Assembly (NCBI GenBank): GCA_964360585.1
Contig: CAYHXC010000003.1
Coordinates: forward strand, 18,113 to 82,112
DNA length: 64,000 nt
Source: an uncultured Candidatus Saccharibacteria bacterium
GTDB lineage: Bacteria > Patescibacteriota > Minisyncoccia > UBA6257 > 2-01-FULL-56-20
Direction: 5' to 3'
Below are positions 50,396 through 58,443 of the stretch, piece by piece (positions within the stretch are counted from its first letter, which is position 1; every line of letters starts with the position of its first letter). A program made the position numbers and the translations under genes. Below the pieces are notes generated by a model. It worked only from the letters and a program-made list of their open reading frames with translations. It made no database searches and had not been told where the DNA came from.

Positions 50396-51882
50396 GATTG
50401 GTGTTCCTGGTGATGATGCAATGGCAGATCTCCGGACTTAAAGAGGAAGCTGGCAAAAGCCAAGAAGAAGAAAACATTGAGGTAGATAGGAAGGACATCG
50501 AACAGAATCAGTCCTTGCACCAGATATCCGACTGGCAAAGCTACCATGAGCGCTGCTGCCCACGGAGAAAGATGGAATCGCTCCGCCATCAAGGGACCGC
50601 CGTGATGTAAATCCTTTAGCCACGGTAAACGTATTCCAAAAAATTGCAGGTAGAAAACGACAAACATGCCAAGGAAACTGAGGAACCCAAGAAGACCTGT
50701 TTCTGCCAAGTAATCAAAGAGGATACTATGAGCGCGATCGAACCAGGTTTCTGTCGCTTCGCCAGGAACAAAGTGACGAGCATCAAAATGCTTATCGAAG
50801 ACTGAGCTGAAATTTTCTGGTCCCCAACCCAAAAGCGGTCGATCCAAAAATCCCTGCCAAGCGCTATTCCAGGTCCAGAGACGAGTCTGGGCCGTTCGTT
50901 CGGTAAGACTAATGTTGAAGAGGCGGCCGATCGGCAACTGTTGAATAAATGGCCGGTCGCCGAGAGAAAAAACTATAGCCGCGCCAATCAGGCCAACCAA
51001 CAAGACACCGCCAGTTTTTTTCCGCGACGGCCGATGGCTGATAAATAAATAGACTAAGAAAACAAATCCAGCGGCAAGAATACCCAGGAATGTTCCTCGA
51101 GTCTGGCTGAATATAAAGAAAGCGAAAAATATAGCAATCAATCCAAAATAGAGAGCGGTTTCTAGGTGCTTACTCTTGAATCGGTGCAATGACCACAAGA
51201 ATAAAGCGTAGGCCATGGTGAACATAAGATACGGCGCAACGTAAGCAGGATTACCCAATGAGCCCTGAAAACGGTTATTGAGGAAAAGACCTGAAAGCGT
51301 TTTGGGAATATTTTCTCTTGGCAAGCCCTGGTAAGGAGAAATCATTCGGCTTATAAAACCATTACAGCTCGTAATCTGGCCTTTGAAATCTACGGAACAA
51401 AACCAGCTCTGGTTATAGAGGAAAAGATAAGCTAAGACACCATAAAGAATCATGAGGCAGGCCGCTCCAAGCGACAGCTTCATCGCCCATTCCCAGTCTG
51501 ATTTCTTCTGGAAAAGGACAATCGAGAGGACAAAGAATGCATAATAATGGAGCATCTGGAACGCTCCTTCGCCTCGTTCAAAGTTAGACCAGAAAGCGCC
51601 GTTTGGATCATGCGCAAAAAGAGCGGCCGAGAGGAACATGAGGACGAAGAGAGAAACCGCCAAGAAGAGCGGCCGAGAAAGGAGATCTTTGATCACCCGG
51701 TCACTATCCTCTTTCTTTCCTTGAAACGCCCACCACAAAAGCCAAGCTATCAGCGAAAGGCTCACCATCGTTCGGAAAAAGTAGTACTTACCGCCGATGA
51801 ATGGAAAGAAGGTTCCCGTTATGACAATGATGACAGAGAAGAAAGCGGCATACAGAAACCATTTAGAGATCGTGAGGAACAT
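50392..51882 (-). CDS. O-antigen ligase family membrane protein
   Basis: FWSNFERGEG, RFQGSLGNPAY, SQTRG, RPLLGWGPENF, WFDRAH. Confidence 0.87.
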   Translation of the reverse strand: MFLTISKWFLYAAFFSVIIVITGTFFPFIGGKYYFFRTMVSLSLIAWLLWWAFQGKKEDSDRVIKDLLSRPLFLAVSLFVLMFLSAALFAHDPNGAFWSNFERGEGAFQMLHYYAFFVLSIVLFQKKSDWEWAMKLSLGAACLMILYGVLAYLFLYNQSWFCSVDFKGQITSCNGFISRMISPYQGLPRENIPKTLSGLFLNNRFQGSLGNPAYVAPYLMFTMAYALFLWSLHRFKSKHLETALYFGLIAIFFAFFIFSQTRGTFLGILAAGFVFLVYLFISHRPSRKKTGGVLLVGLIGAAIVFSLGDRPFIQQLPIGRLFNISLTERTAQTRLWTWNSAWQGFLDRPLLGWGPENFSSVFDKHFDARHFVPGEATETWFDRAHSILFDYLAETGLLGFLSFLGMFVVFYLQFFGIRLPWLKDLHHGGPLMAERFHLSPWAAALMVALPVGYLVQGLILFDVLPIYLNVFFFLAFASFLFKSGDLPLHHHQEHQS

Positions 51883-51987
51883 ATTGTTTAGAATGTCTAA
51901 TTACTAATAACTAATTGACCTAATGAAATGCCGAAGTTATAAAATTTACTCATTGATTAGAAATTAGAATAATTATGAATTAGTCAT

Positions 51988-53505
51988 TTATTTTGCATAT
52001 TCCACCGCTCGCATCTCGCGGATAACATTGATCTTAATCTCGCCAGGATATCGTAACTCAGACTGCACCTTGTTGGCAATCTGGCGGGCCAGCTCCAAAG
52101 CGCCGAAGTCATCGATCTTCTCCGGAATGACAAAAACCCTCAACTCTCGTCCAGCGGAGATGGCGTACGAACTTTTCACCCCCGGAAACTCGCTCGCGAT
52201 TTTCTCGAGATCAGCCAAGCGCTTGACATAGTTTTCCAAGGTGCCGCGGCGGGCTCCCGGCCGGGCGGCAGACAGAACATCCGCGGTCGTAACCAGGAAA
52301 GCCTCTGGAATGGCGTACGGATACTCGTCGTGATGCGACTGCATCGCTTCGATTACTTTTTCGGCGATACCGTACTTTTTCAAAATCTTCCGGCCAATCT
52401 CCACATGCGTGCCCTCGACCTCGTGATCAATGGCTTTGCCGATGTCATGCAACAAGGCGCCTTTCTTGGCCACCATCACATCCAGTCCCAATTCAGATGC
52501 CAGATACGAAGCGATATGCACCATCTCCAAAGAGTGATTCAAAACATTCTGACCAAAGCTGGTGCGGAAGTGCAGTCGGCCAACCAGTTCCAAAATTTCT
52601 TTCGGCAGATCATAGATTCCTACCTCCATCGTGGCCGCTTCGCCAATCTCGAAGATCCGTTTCTGGAGCTCCTGTCGCGCCTCCTCCACTTTCTCCTCAA
52701 TCTTGGCTGGCTGGATACGGCCGTCCTTAATTAATTTTTCGAGAGCCAGACGCGCCACTTCGCGACGGAACGGATCGAACGATGAAATCACGATCGTATC
52801 CGGTGTTTCATCAATAATAAACTCTGCGCCGGTCGCCCGTTCGAGCGTACGGATATTTCTTCCTTCGCGGCCGATAATCTTTCCCTTGATCTCCTCATCC
52901 TGAAGATGAAAAACAGTCGTGGTCATCTCCGCTACATGCGAACGGGAGTAGCCCTGAAGCGAGGTGTAGATAATCTCGGACATCTTCCGATCAATCTCCG
53001 CCTGACGCTCCTGAATCATCTTTTTCGAGAACACAAAAACCTCCTCGCGATAGGACTCCGCAATCTGGCGGAACATCTCCTCTTTGGCCTTCTCCGGCGA
53101 AAGACCGCTGATTTCGTGGAGCTTCTTTTCGATACCCTCTCGTTTTGCCTTCAACTCACGCTCATCATCAGAAAGTTTGTCCAATTTCTGCCGCAAACCT
53201 GTTTCTTCTTTATGCGCTTCGGCGAGACGCTTGTCTAAACCCTCCTCCCGTTCCAGAACCCGTTTTTCCAAACTGATAATCTCCGCCTTCCGCTCGCGAT
53301 CCTCACGTTGCATGTCGGCTAAAACATCAGCCGCTTTTTTCTGCGCCTCAACGACAATCCCCGCCGCCTTCTGTTCGGCGGCTTCAATCCGTCCTTTTGA
53401 CTTTTGCTCGATCGAGTTAGCCTGCTGTGCTCCCCAGAGATGCCGAATCAGATACCCAACTGCCAAACCGCCCAGAAGCACCCCTACGAGTAGTGGTAAA
53501 TTCAT
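51988..53505 (-). CDS. rny: ribonuclease Y
   Basis: N-terminal TM plus coiled coil, KH (KGKIIGREGRNIR), HD (LLHDIGK), SAARPGAR. Confidence 0.97.
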   Translation of the reverse strand: MNLPLLVGVLLGGLAVGYLIRHLWGAQQANSIEQKSKGRIEAAEQKAAGIVVEAQKKAADVLADMQREDRERKAEIISLEKRVLEREEGLDKRLAEAHKEETGLRQKLDKLSDDERELKAKREGIEKKLHEISGLSPEKAKEEMFRQIAESYREEVFVFSKKMIQERQAEIDRKMSEIIYTSLQGYSRSHVAEMTTTVFHLQDEEIKGKIIGREGRNIRTLERATGAEFIIDETPDTIVISSFDPFRREVARLALEKLIKDGRIQPAKIEEKVEEARQELQKRIFEIGEAATMEVGIYDLPKEILELVGRLHFRTSFGQNVLNHSLEMVHIASYLASELGLDVMVAKKGALLHDIGKAIDHEVEGTHVEIGRKILKKYGIAEKVIEAMQSHHDEYPYAIPEAFLVTTADVLSAARPGARRGTLENYVKRLADLEKIASEFPGVKSSYAISAGRELRVFVIPEKIDDFGALELARQIANKVQSELRYPGEIKINVIREMRAVEYAK

Positions 53506-53588
53506 GTGAATAATGTGTTCCCAAACCGATGGAAAAATTGTTCTTAAGCATTAATTCGGGAATAAAATAAGACTTTTTACGTGGTTCC

Positions 53589-53617
53589 ATTATAGATTAA
53601 TGTAGGTAGGAGGTCAA
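53589..53617 (-). promoter_or_regulatory. sigma70 promoter for rny
   Basis: Minus strand TTGACC-N17-TATAAT. Confidence 0.7.
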
Positions 53618-53625
53618 CACGTAAG

Positions 53626-53654
53626 TTGACGAAGCAACTCCGAAGTGGTATTAA
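53626..53654 (+). promoter_or_regulatory. sigma70 promoter for the Tas-like gene and array
   Basis: TTGACG-N17-TATTAA with TGn extension; AAGGAG SD before ATG 53749. Confidence 0.6.
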
Positions 53655-53748
53655 AGCGGTTAGTCACTGTCCTAATAATAATTGCCTGTCACATAGGGTG
53701 ACTGGCAATAAGGGCATTCTTTGAAATCCCCTATAAGGAGAGACGAAA

Positions 53749-54807
53749 ATGAAGGGAAAATCAGTGCGAGAAACAGTCCGACCCCCGGAAGAAGCAACGC
53801 TTGGCGAAGCCGGATTCGAAGGCCCGACCATATCGGAAGCCTTTGGCGCCAAACTCGGCAAGCGAAGCTCTTTCGTCGTGGTCGCAAACGCGGCAATCAC
53901 CCTCGAAGGGATGCGCGTCGGAGCTCAAGTGCGACTCAAACATCTGGCCCGTCGTGGTGGCACCTGCGAGTTCACTCAAAAGTTCCTGGAACGAGCCTTG
54001 GATTTCGAGGCTTGGGCCGATGAGGAGTTAGCTCGAACGATTCGAACACATCCGGCCGCCCGCTGGTTCACCAGAATCAAAGGCACCGGCGGTGAGCGGA
54101 TCGGCAAGGTTGTGGGTCATATAGAGGCCTTCGGCACGTTCTATCGTGTGGGGGATCTCATGATCCCCCAAGGTATTGTGCGAGAACCGATCATGGTACC
54201 CCTACGAACCGGTGGAAGCGAGGAGGAAATCCCTACGCCCATGATCTGGGTCGAGGGCATCGAACGACTCACCACGCCATCGAAACTTAGGAAGTACGCT
54301 GGTCTCCTTCCCGATCAAAAGCGGGAGGCAGGTCACAAGCTCGGTTTCAATGCCGAGTTGCGGACCATGTACTGGCGGCTTGGCGGAGGACTCATCAAAG
54401 CCAATGGAAAGTACAAAGGCTTCTACGACCATTACAGAGCCCGTCTGGAAAGAAGGTTCGCCGCCGAGGGAAAAAGAATCGTGCCCACGCCGAAAGGACG
54501 ATTCTGCTCAAAGTGCACCATTGACGTCATCGTCAAAGCCGCGCTCTTCTGCCCTACCTGCGGGGAGAAACTCGGACTCAAAAAGGAACCGGAGGGAGTG
54601 TTATTCAAAGGGCATGTCCATGCCATGGCCATGCGCCGCATGATCCAGCTCTTCTCCGATCATCTCTGGGTTGTCTGGCGGGAAGCACTCCAACTACCCG
54701 TCATGCTGCCCTATCCTATCGAGCACATGGCCGACCAAGGGCACCGCACGTTCATCAGTCCCTGGGACATGGTGGATTACGACGAAGATCCCAAGCGCTT
54801 ACGTTAA
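53749..54807 (+). CDS. TIGR-associated (TasA-like) Nop/IS110-fold RNA-guided protein with no recognisable nuclease domain and a Zn-ribbon insertion
   Basis: Helical ..RV.AQ.RL..L, HP...W...IKG.G, PSKL.KYAGL, FN..LRT, Y...YD.YR.R, GH.HAMA.R.M..LF..HLW.VWR...LP...PY motifs; CSKC-x11-CPTC; array starts directly after the stop codon. Confidence 0.8.
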   Translation: MKGKSVRETVRPPEEATLGEAGFEGPTISEAFGAKLGKRSSFVVVANAAITLEGMRVGAQVRLKHLARRGGTCEFTQKFLERALDFEAWADEELARTIRTHPAARWFTRIKGTGGERIGKVVGHIEAFGTFYRVGDLMIPQGIVREPIMVPLRTGGSEEEIPTPMIWVEGIERLTTPSKLRKYAGLLPDQKREAGHKLGFNAELRTMYWRLGGGLIKANGKYKGFYDHYRARLERRFAAEGKRIVPTPKGRFCSKCTIDVIVKAALFCPTCGEKLGLKKEPEGVLFKGHVHAMAMRRMIQLFSDHLWVVWREALQLPVMLPYPIEHMADQGHRTFISPWDMVDYDEDPKRLR

Positions 54808-54825
54808 AAACCCAACACACAAGCG

Positions 54826-55903
54826 AGCCAGCTTGCACGAGTAACTCATGGATAGTAAGCGAGCCTAACTAGCAAAGTAACTCACCGAAGGCAAGCGAGC
54901 CACTTTGACAGAGAAACTCATATTCAGTGAGCGAGCTGCTACCGAAAAGAAACTCAAAACAAGAGCGAGCCATCAGCACAGATAAGCTCACGTCGTGGAA
55001 GCGAGCCACTTCATTCGAGAAACTCAAGGTCAGAGAGCGAGCTGTCAACCCTGAGCAATTCAAGACCAAAAAGCGAGCCATCTTCCGAGAGAAACTCAAG
55101 GCAGATGAGCGAGCCATGCCCCAGAAGAAACTCGAAAGTGACAAGCGAGTCTTGAATGGGGAGTAACTCAAGCTTTTAGAGCGAGCCTTCCGAAGGCAGA
55201 AACTCAATGGTGATGAGCGAGCCAGTACGCCTGAAAACCCCTTGAAGGTGAGCGAGCCTCGAGAAAAGAGAAACTCAATCTTGGCGAGCGAGCCCGTCCT
55301 GAGGAAAAACCCATACGACGCGAGCGAGCCCGAAGACTGCAGTGACTCAAAGGGAACGAGCGAGCCAAGTTGTTGGAGAAACTCGTGGAAGACAAGCGAG
55401 CCGAGCCGTGAAAGTAATTCATCGGACGGAAGCGAGCCTCGAGAAAAGAGGAACTCAATCTTGGCGAGCGAGCTAGTGGATAAGAGAAGCTCAACGGAAA
55501 GGAGCGAGTCAAGGTCGGCAAGAAGCTCATCAAGAGAAAGCGAGCCGATCATCTAGAGAAACTCTTACGCTAAGAGCGAGCTGACCAGCTCAAGAAACTC
55601 AAGCAAGAAGAGCGAGTCTTCAGTCTGAAGAAACTCAATGGCCACAAGCGAGCCAGTAAGTTTAACCAACCCATGTAGGGGAAGCGAGCTTGGAATCAGA
55701 AGTAACTCAAATGACGAGAGCGAGCCATCATTTTCAAGAAACTCAATGAAAATGAGCGAGCTAAGTTTCGCTAGAAACTCGTTGAAATGGAGCGAGCCAT
55801 TGGCAAACAAGGAACTCACGGACAAAGAGCGAGCCACATTTGTTGAGAAAATCAAAGGAGAAGAGCGAGCCACATCTTGTGAGAAACTCATCAAGAGAAA
55901 GCG
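54826..55903 (+). repeat. TIGR-like tandem interspaced guide RNA array, 30 units of ~36 nt
   Basis: Consensus AGCCA-N9-AGAAACTCA-N9-AGCG; 27 units of 36 nt and one each of 34, 35 and 37 nt; degenerate half-unit at 54806-54825. Confidence 0.9.
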
Positions 55904-55921
55904 TCTCTCCAAATTTTTTAC

Positions 55922-55949
55922 AACCGAACACATCTGTGTTCGGTTTTTT
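55922..55949 (+). terminator. intrinsic terminator closing the array
   Basis: AACCGAACAC-atct-GTGTTCGGTT-TTTT. Confidence 0.8.
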
Positions 55950-55999
55950 CATTTTTAGCTAAACATTCTCTTTTCCGATACAATTAAGTAACAAACTCA

Positions 56000-56142
56000 A
56001 TGCCGAAATCCCCTCACCTCATGAGAAATGAGTTGTTGGGAGCTTATTTGTCCACGCACGAAACTATGACTACACAAGAGTCGAAAAATATACCTAGATT
56101 CGGTCGCTTTCAAGCGACGGTTTCTCATTAGGTGTGGGGATG
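56000..56142 (+). promoter_or_regulatory. start-codon hairpin element, copy 4 (upstream of gpmI)
   Basis: ATCCCCTCACCTCATGAGAAA / TTTCTCATTAGGTGTGGGGAT ending in the ATG at 56140; uORF 56000-56131. Confidence 0.55.
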
Positions 56143-57669
56143 AAACCCGTAATGGTCTTAATTGTGCTCGACGGCTGGGGAATCGGAAATCACGATGCCT
56201 CCAACCCGATGCGCCAGGCCAAAATGCCGACGTTTGACTGGCTGCGCGAGCATTTTCCCATGACCAGTCTCCAGGCTTCCGGAATTTCCGTCGGTCTCCC
56301 CTGGGGCGAAACCTCAAATAGCGAGGTCGGTCACCTGACGATCGGCGCCGGGAAAGTTATTTATCAGTACTATCCGCGCATTATTCTCGGCATTCGCGAC
56401 CAGAGTTTTTTTGCGAACGAAGCCTTGCTCGGCGCCTGTGAGCATGCGCGCAAAAATAACTCGGCCGTAAATCTGATGGGGCTTCTCACTAAGGGAAATG
56501 TCCATGCTTCGCTTGAGCACATGCTGGCCTTAATCAAGCTCGTCGAAGATCAGAAAGTAAAATACAAAGTGCACATCTGGTCGGACGGCAAAGACAGTCC
56601 GCCGGGTACGTTTACTGAATTTTTCAAAGCGGTGCCTAAAGATAAACTGGCGAGCATAACCGGGCGCTACTACGCCATGGATCACGCTAAGAATTGGCGG
56701 AACACCGAACGAGCCTACCAGGGCTTCACGAGCGAAGCGGCCGAGCTCGTGACCGACGTACAACCGACGCTCGATAATTTGCGCGAACAAAAACTTTCTG
56801 AAGAATTTATTCCGCCGCTCCGTTTTGGTCCGGGCGCGCCAATCCAGGATAACGAAGCAATTATTTTTTGGAACTTCCGCGAAGATGGCGTTCGTCAGTT
56901 GACTGAAGCGTTTCTCATTCCGGACTTCTCCATGTTTCCGGTCAAAAAATTTGAGAATCTGCACATCGTCACCATGACTCGGTACGAAGATCATTTCACC
57001 GTGCCCGTGGCCTATCCGCCTGATGAAGTAAAAAATCCTCTGGGAAAAGTACTCTCGGACAATAATGTGAGCCAGCTCCGCCTCGCCGAAACCTATAAAT
57101 ACGCGCACGTTACTTATTTTTTTAACGGCTATGAAGAAAAACCCTATCCCAACGAATACCGCATTCTGATTCCCTCCCTCACTATTCCTCACTTGGCGGA
57201 TAATCCGGAGATGATGGCAACCGCCATTACCGATCGCGCCATCGCCGCCATCCAAGACCACTCCTTTGACTTCATTCTCATTAATTACGCGAATGGCGAC
57301 ATGATCGCCCACACCGGAAATTTCAATGCGGGCGTGAAGGCGGCCGAAATTATCGATCGCGAGATCGGCCGAATTTTAAAAGTTGCCTTGGCCACGCCGG
57401 CCACCGTCCTTATTACCGCTGATCACGGCAACTTGGAAGAGATGTACAATCCCTTAACCGGTCGGTACGAAACCCAACACGATCCCAATCCCGTTCCATG
57501 TTATATTTTCGGCCCCGGCCTCGAAGGAAAAAAATTTATCAACCAGGACACCTACGAAAAAGAAACGCTTGGTATTCTTTCTGATGTCGCACCGACCATT
57601 CTCCGCATTCTTGGCATCGTACCTCCGCCGGACATGACGGGGCATAATCTTCTCGAAAAACTCGTCTGA
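56140..57669 (+). CDS. gpmI: 2,3-bisphosphoglycerate-independent phosphoglycerate mutase
   Basis: LDGWG, NSEVGH..IGAG, GRYYAMD, NFR.D, AET.KYAHVTYFFNG, TADHGN.E. Confidence 0.96.
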   Translation: MKPVMVLIVLDGWGIGNHDASNPMRQAKMPTFDWLREHFPMTSLQASGISVGLPWGETSNSEVGHLTIGAGKVIYQYYPRIILGIRDQSFFANEALLGACEHARKNNSAVNLMGLLTKGNVHASLEHMLALIKLVEDQKVKYKVHIWSDGKDSPPGTFTEFFKAVPKDKLASITGRYYAMDHAKNWRNTERAYQGFTSEAAELVTDVQPTLDNLREQKLSEEFIPPLRFGPGAPIQDNEAIIFWNFREDGVRQLTEAFLIPDFSMFPVKKFENLHIVTMTRYEDHFTVPVAYPPDEVKNPLGKVLSDNNVSQLRLAETYKYAHVTYFFNGYEEKPYPNEYRILIPSLTIPHLADNPEMMATAITDRAIAAIQDHSFDFILINYANGDMIAHTGNFNAGVKAAEIIDREIGRILKVALATPATVLITADHGNLEEMYNPLTGRYETQHDPNPVPCYIFGPGLEGKKFINQDTYEKETLGILSDVAPTILRILGIVPPPDMTGHNLLEKLV

Positions 57670-57790
57670 CACTGAATCACAAAACGCGAACTACTTTGTT
57701 ACTGACTGCGCTTCGCCCTCGCTGTATGCTATACACCTCGGTTACGATGCTCGTCAAAGCCTCGTATTTCATCGTTTTGTGATTCAGTGT
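57669..57790. repeat. 122-bp MITE-like element with perfect 18-bp TIR
   Basis: ACACTGAATCACAAAACG ... CGTTTTGTGATTCAGTGT. Confidence 0.6.
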
Positions 57791-57801
57791 AGAATACGAA
57801 T

Positions 57802-58152
57802 ATGCGAATTTTAGTTGCATTAATCGGAAATGCCTTTGCTCTTCTCTTAGCTCAAGCCCTCATCCCGAACGTCGAGCTTTCCTCGAACTTTTTTGATGTT
57901 CTTCTGATCGCCCTCATCTTGACCGCGCTTAATTTTTTCCTGAAACCGATCCTCACCCTCATCTTCGGTCCAATTATCATTCTCACCCTTGGTTTCGGCA
58001 TCATTATTATCAACATGCTCATCATCTATATTCTTGACATTCTCTCCAAAGGGATTACGATTCAAGGGAATCTTGTGCTCACACTCTTCTTGGTTTCTCT
58101 GATCGTTGGAGTGGTGAACACGATCGTCCACGCTAAAGGAAAAAAACTATGA
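57802..58152 (+). CDS. YvlD / phage-holin-family 4-TM membrane protein
   Basis: N...LKPIL....P..ILTLG.....IN motif. Confidence 0.8.
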   Translation: MRILVALIGNAFALLLAQALIPNVELSSNFFDVLLIALILTALNFFLKPILTLIFGPIIILTLGFGIIIINMLIIYILDILSKGITIQGNLVLTLFLVSLIVGVVNTIVHAKGKKL

Positions 58153-58367
58153 TTTTCAGCTTATTGCAACTCATTATCGCCGCCTGCATCGTCGGGCTCA
58201 TTTTGCTTCAGGAACGCTCGAGCGGCGCCTCCGGTCTTTTGGGCGGCGGCGACTCCACGAACAGTTTTTACCAGGCTCGCCGCGGCGCCGAGCGCATGGT
58301 CTTCCGAGCCACAATCGCGCTTGTGGTCATCTTTGCTCTCCTCTCGGTTTTCCAACTGTCCGCATAG
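58149..58367 (+). CDS. secG: preprotein translocase subunit SecG
   Basis: ILLQ....G..G..GG, RRGAE, two TMs. Confidence 0.88.
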   Translation: MIFSLLQLIIAACIVGLILLQERSSGASGLLGGGDSTNSFYQARRGAERMVFRATIALVVIFALLSVFQLSA

Positions 58368-58443
58368 AGGTTTCACAAATACACAAAGTTTCTCTCGCAA
58401 AATTGCGTTTGAACTTTTATAAGAGGGGCTAATTTCTACTTCC

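Noticed and set aside
52691-52708. Possible self-target of the duplicated unit 13/18 guide in rny
   Set aside because: About 5 mismatches in 18 nt by eye, which is compatible with chance. An exhaustive target search could not be run.
53749-54807. Active IS110 transposase / bridge-RNA element
   Set aside because: No N-terminal DEDD RuvC domain is visible, and the adjacent non-coding region is a multi-unit array rather than a single bridge RNA.
54826-55903. CRISPR array interpretation
   Set aside because: Two alternating 9-nt repeats with 9-nt spacers do not fit CRISPR dimensions, and there are no cas genes in the window.
54869-55958. ORFs overlapping the array (227 aa and 122 aa on minus; several on plus)
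   Set aside because: They are by-products of the 36-nt period (12-aa pseudo-repeats). Frames shift at the off-length units, and conservation is in fixed nucleotide blocks rather than codon positions.
56530-57312. Long antisense ORFs (also 58429-59070 and 61531-62229)
   Set aside because: They are shadows of well-supported genes (gpmI, the ABC binding protein, rnj) on the opposite strand.
57802-58152. Prophage suggested by a holin-family gene
   Set aside because: It is a YvlD-type membrane protein in a housekeeping context (gpmI-secG) with no phage genes nearby.
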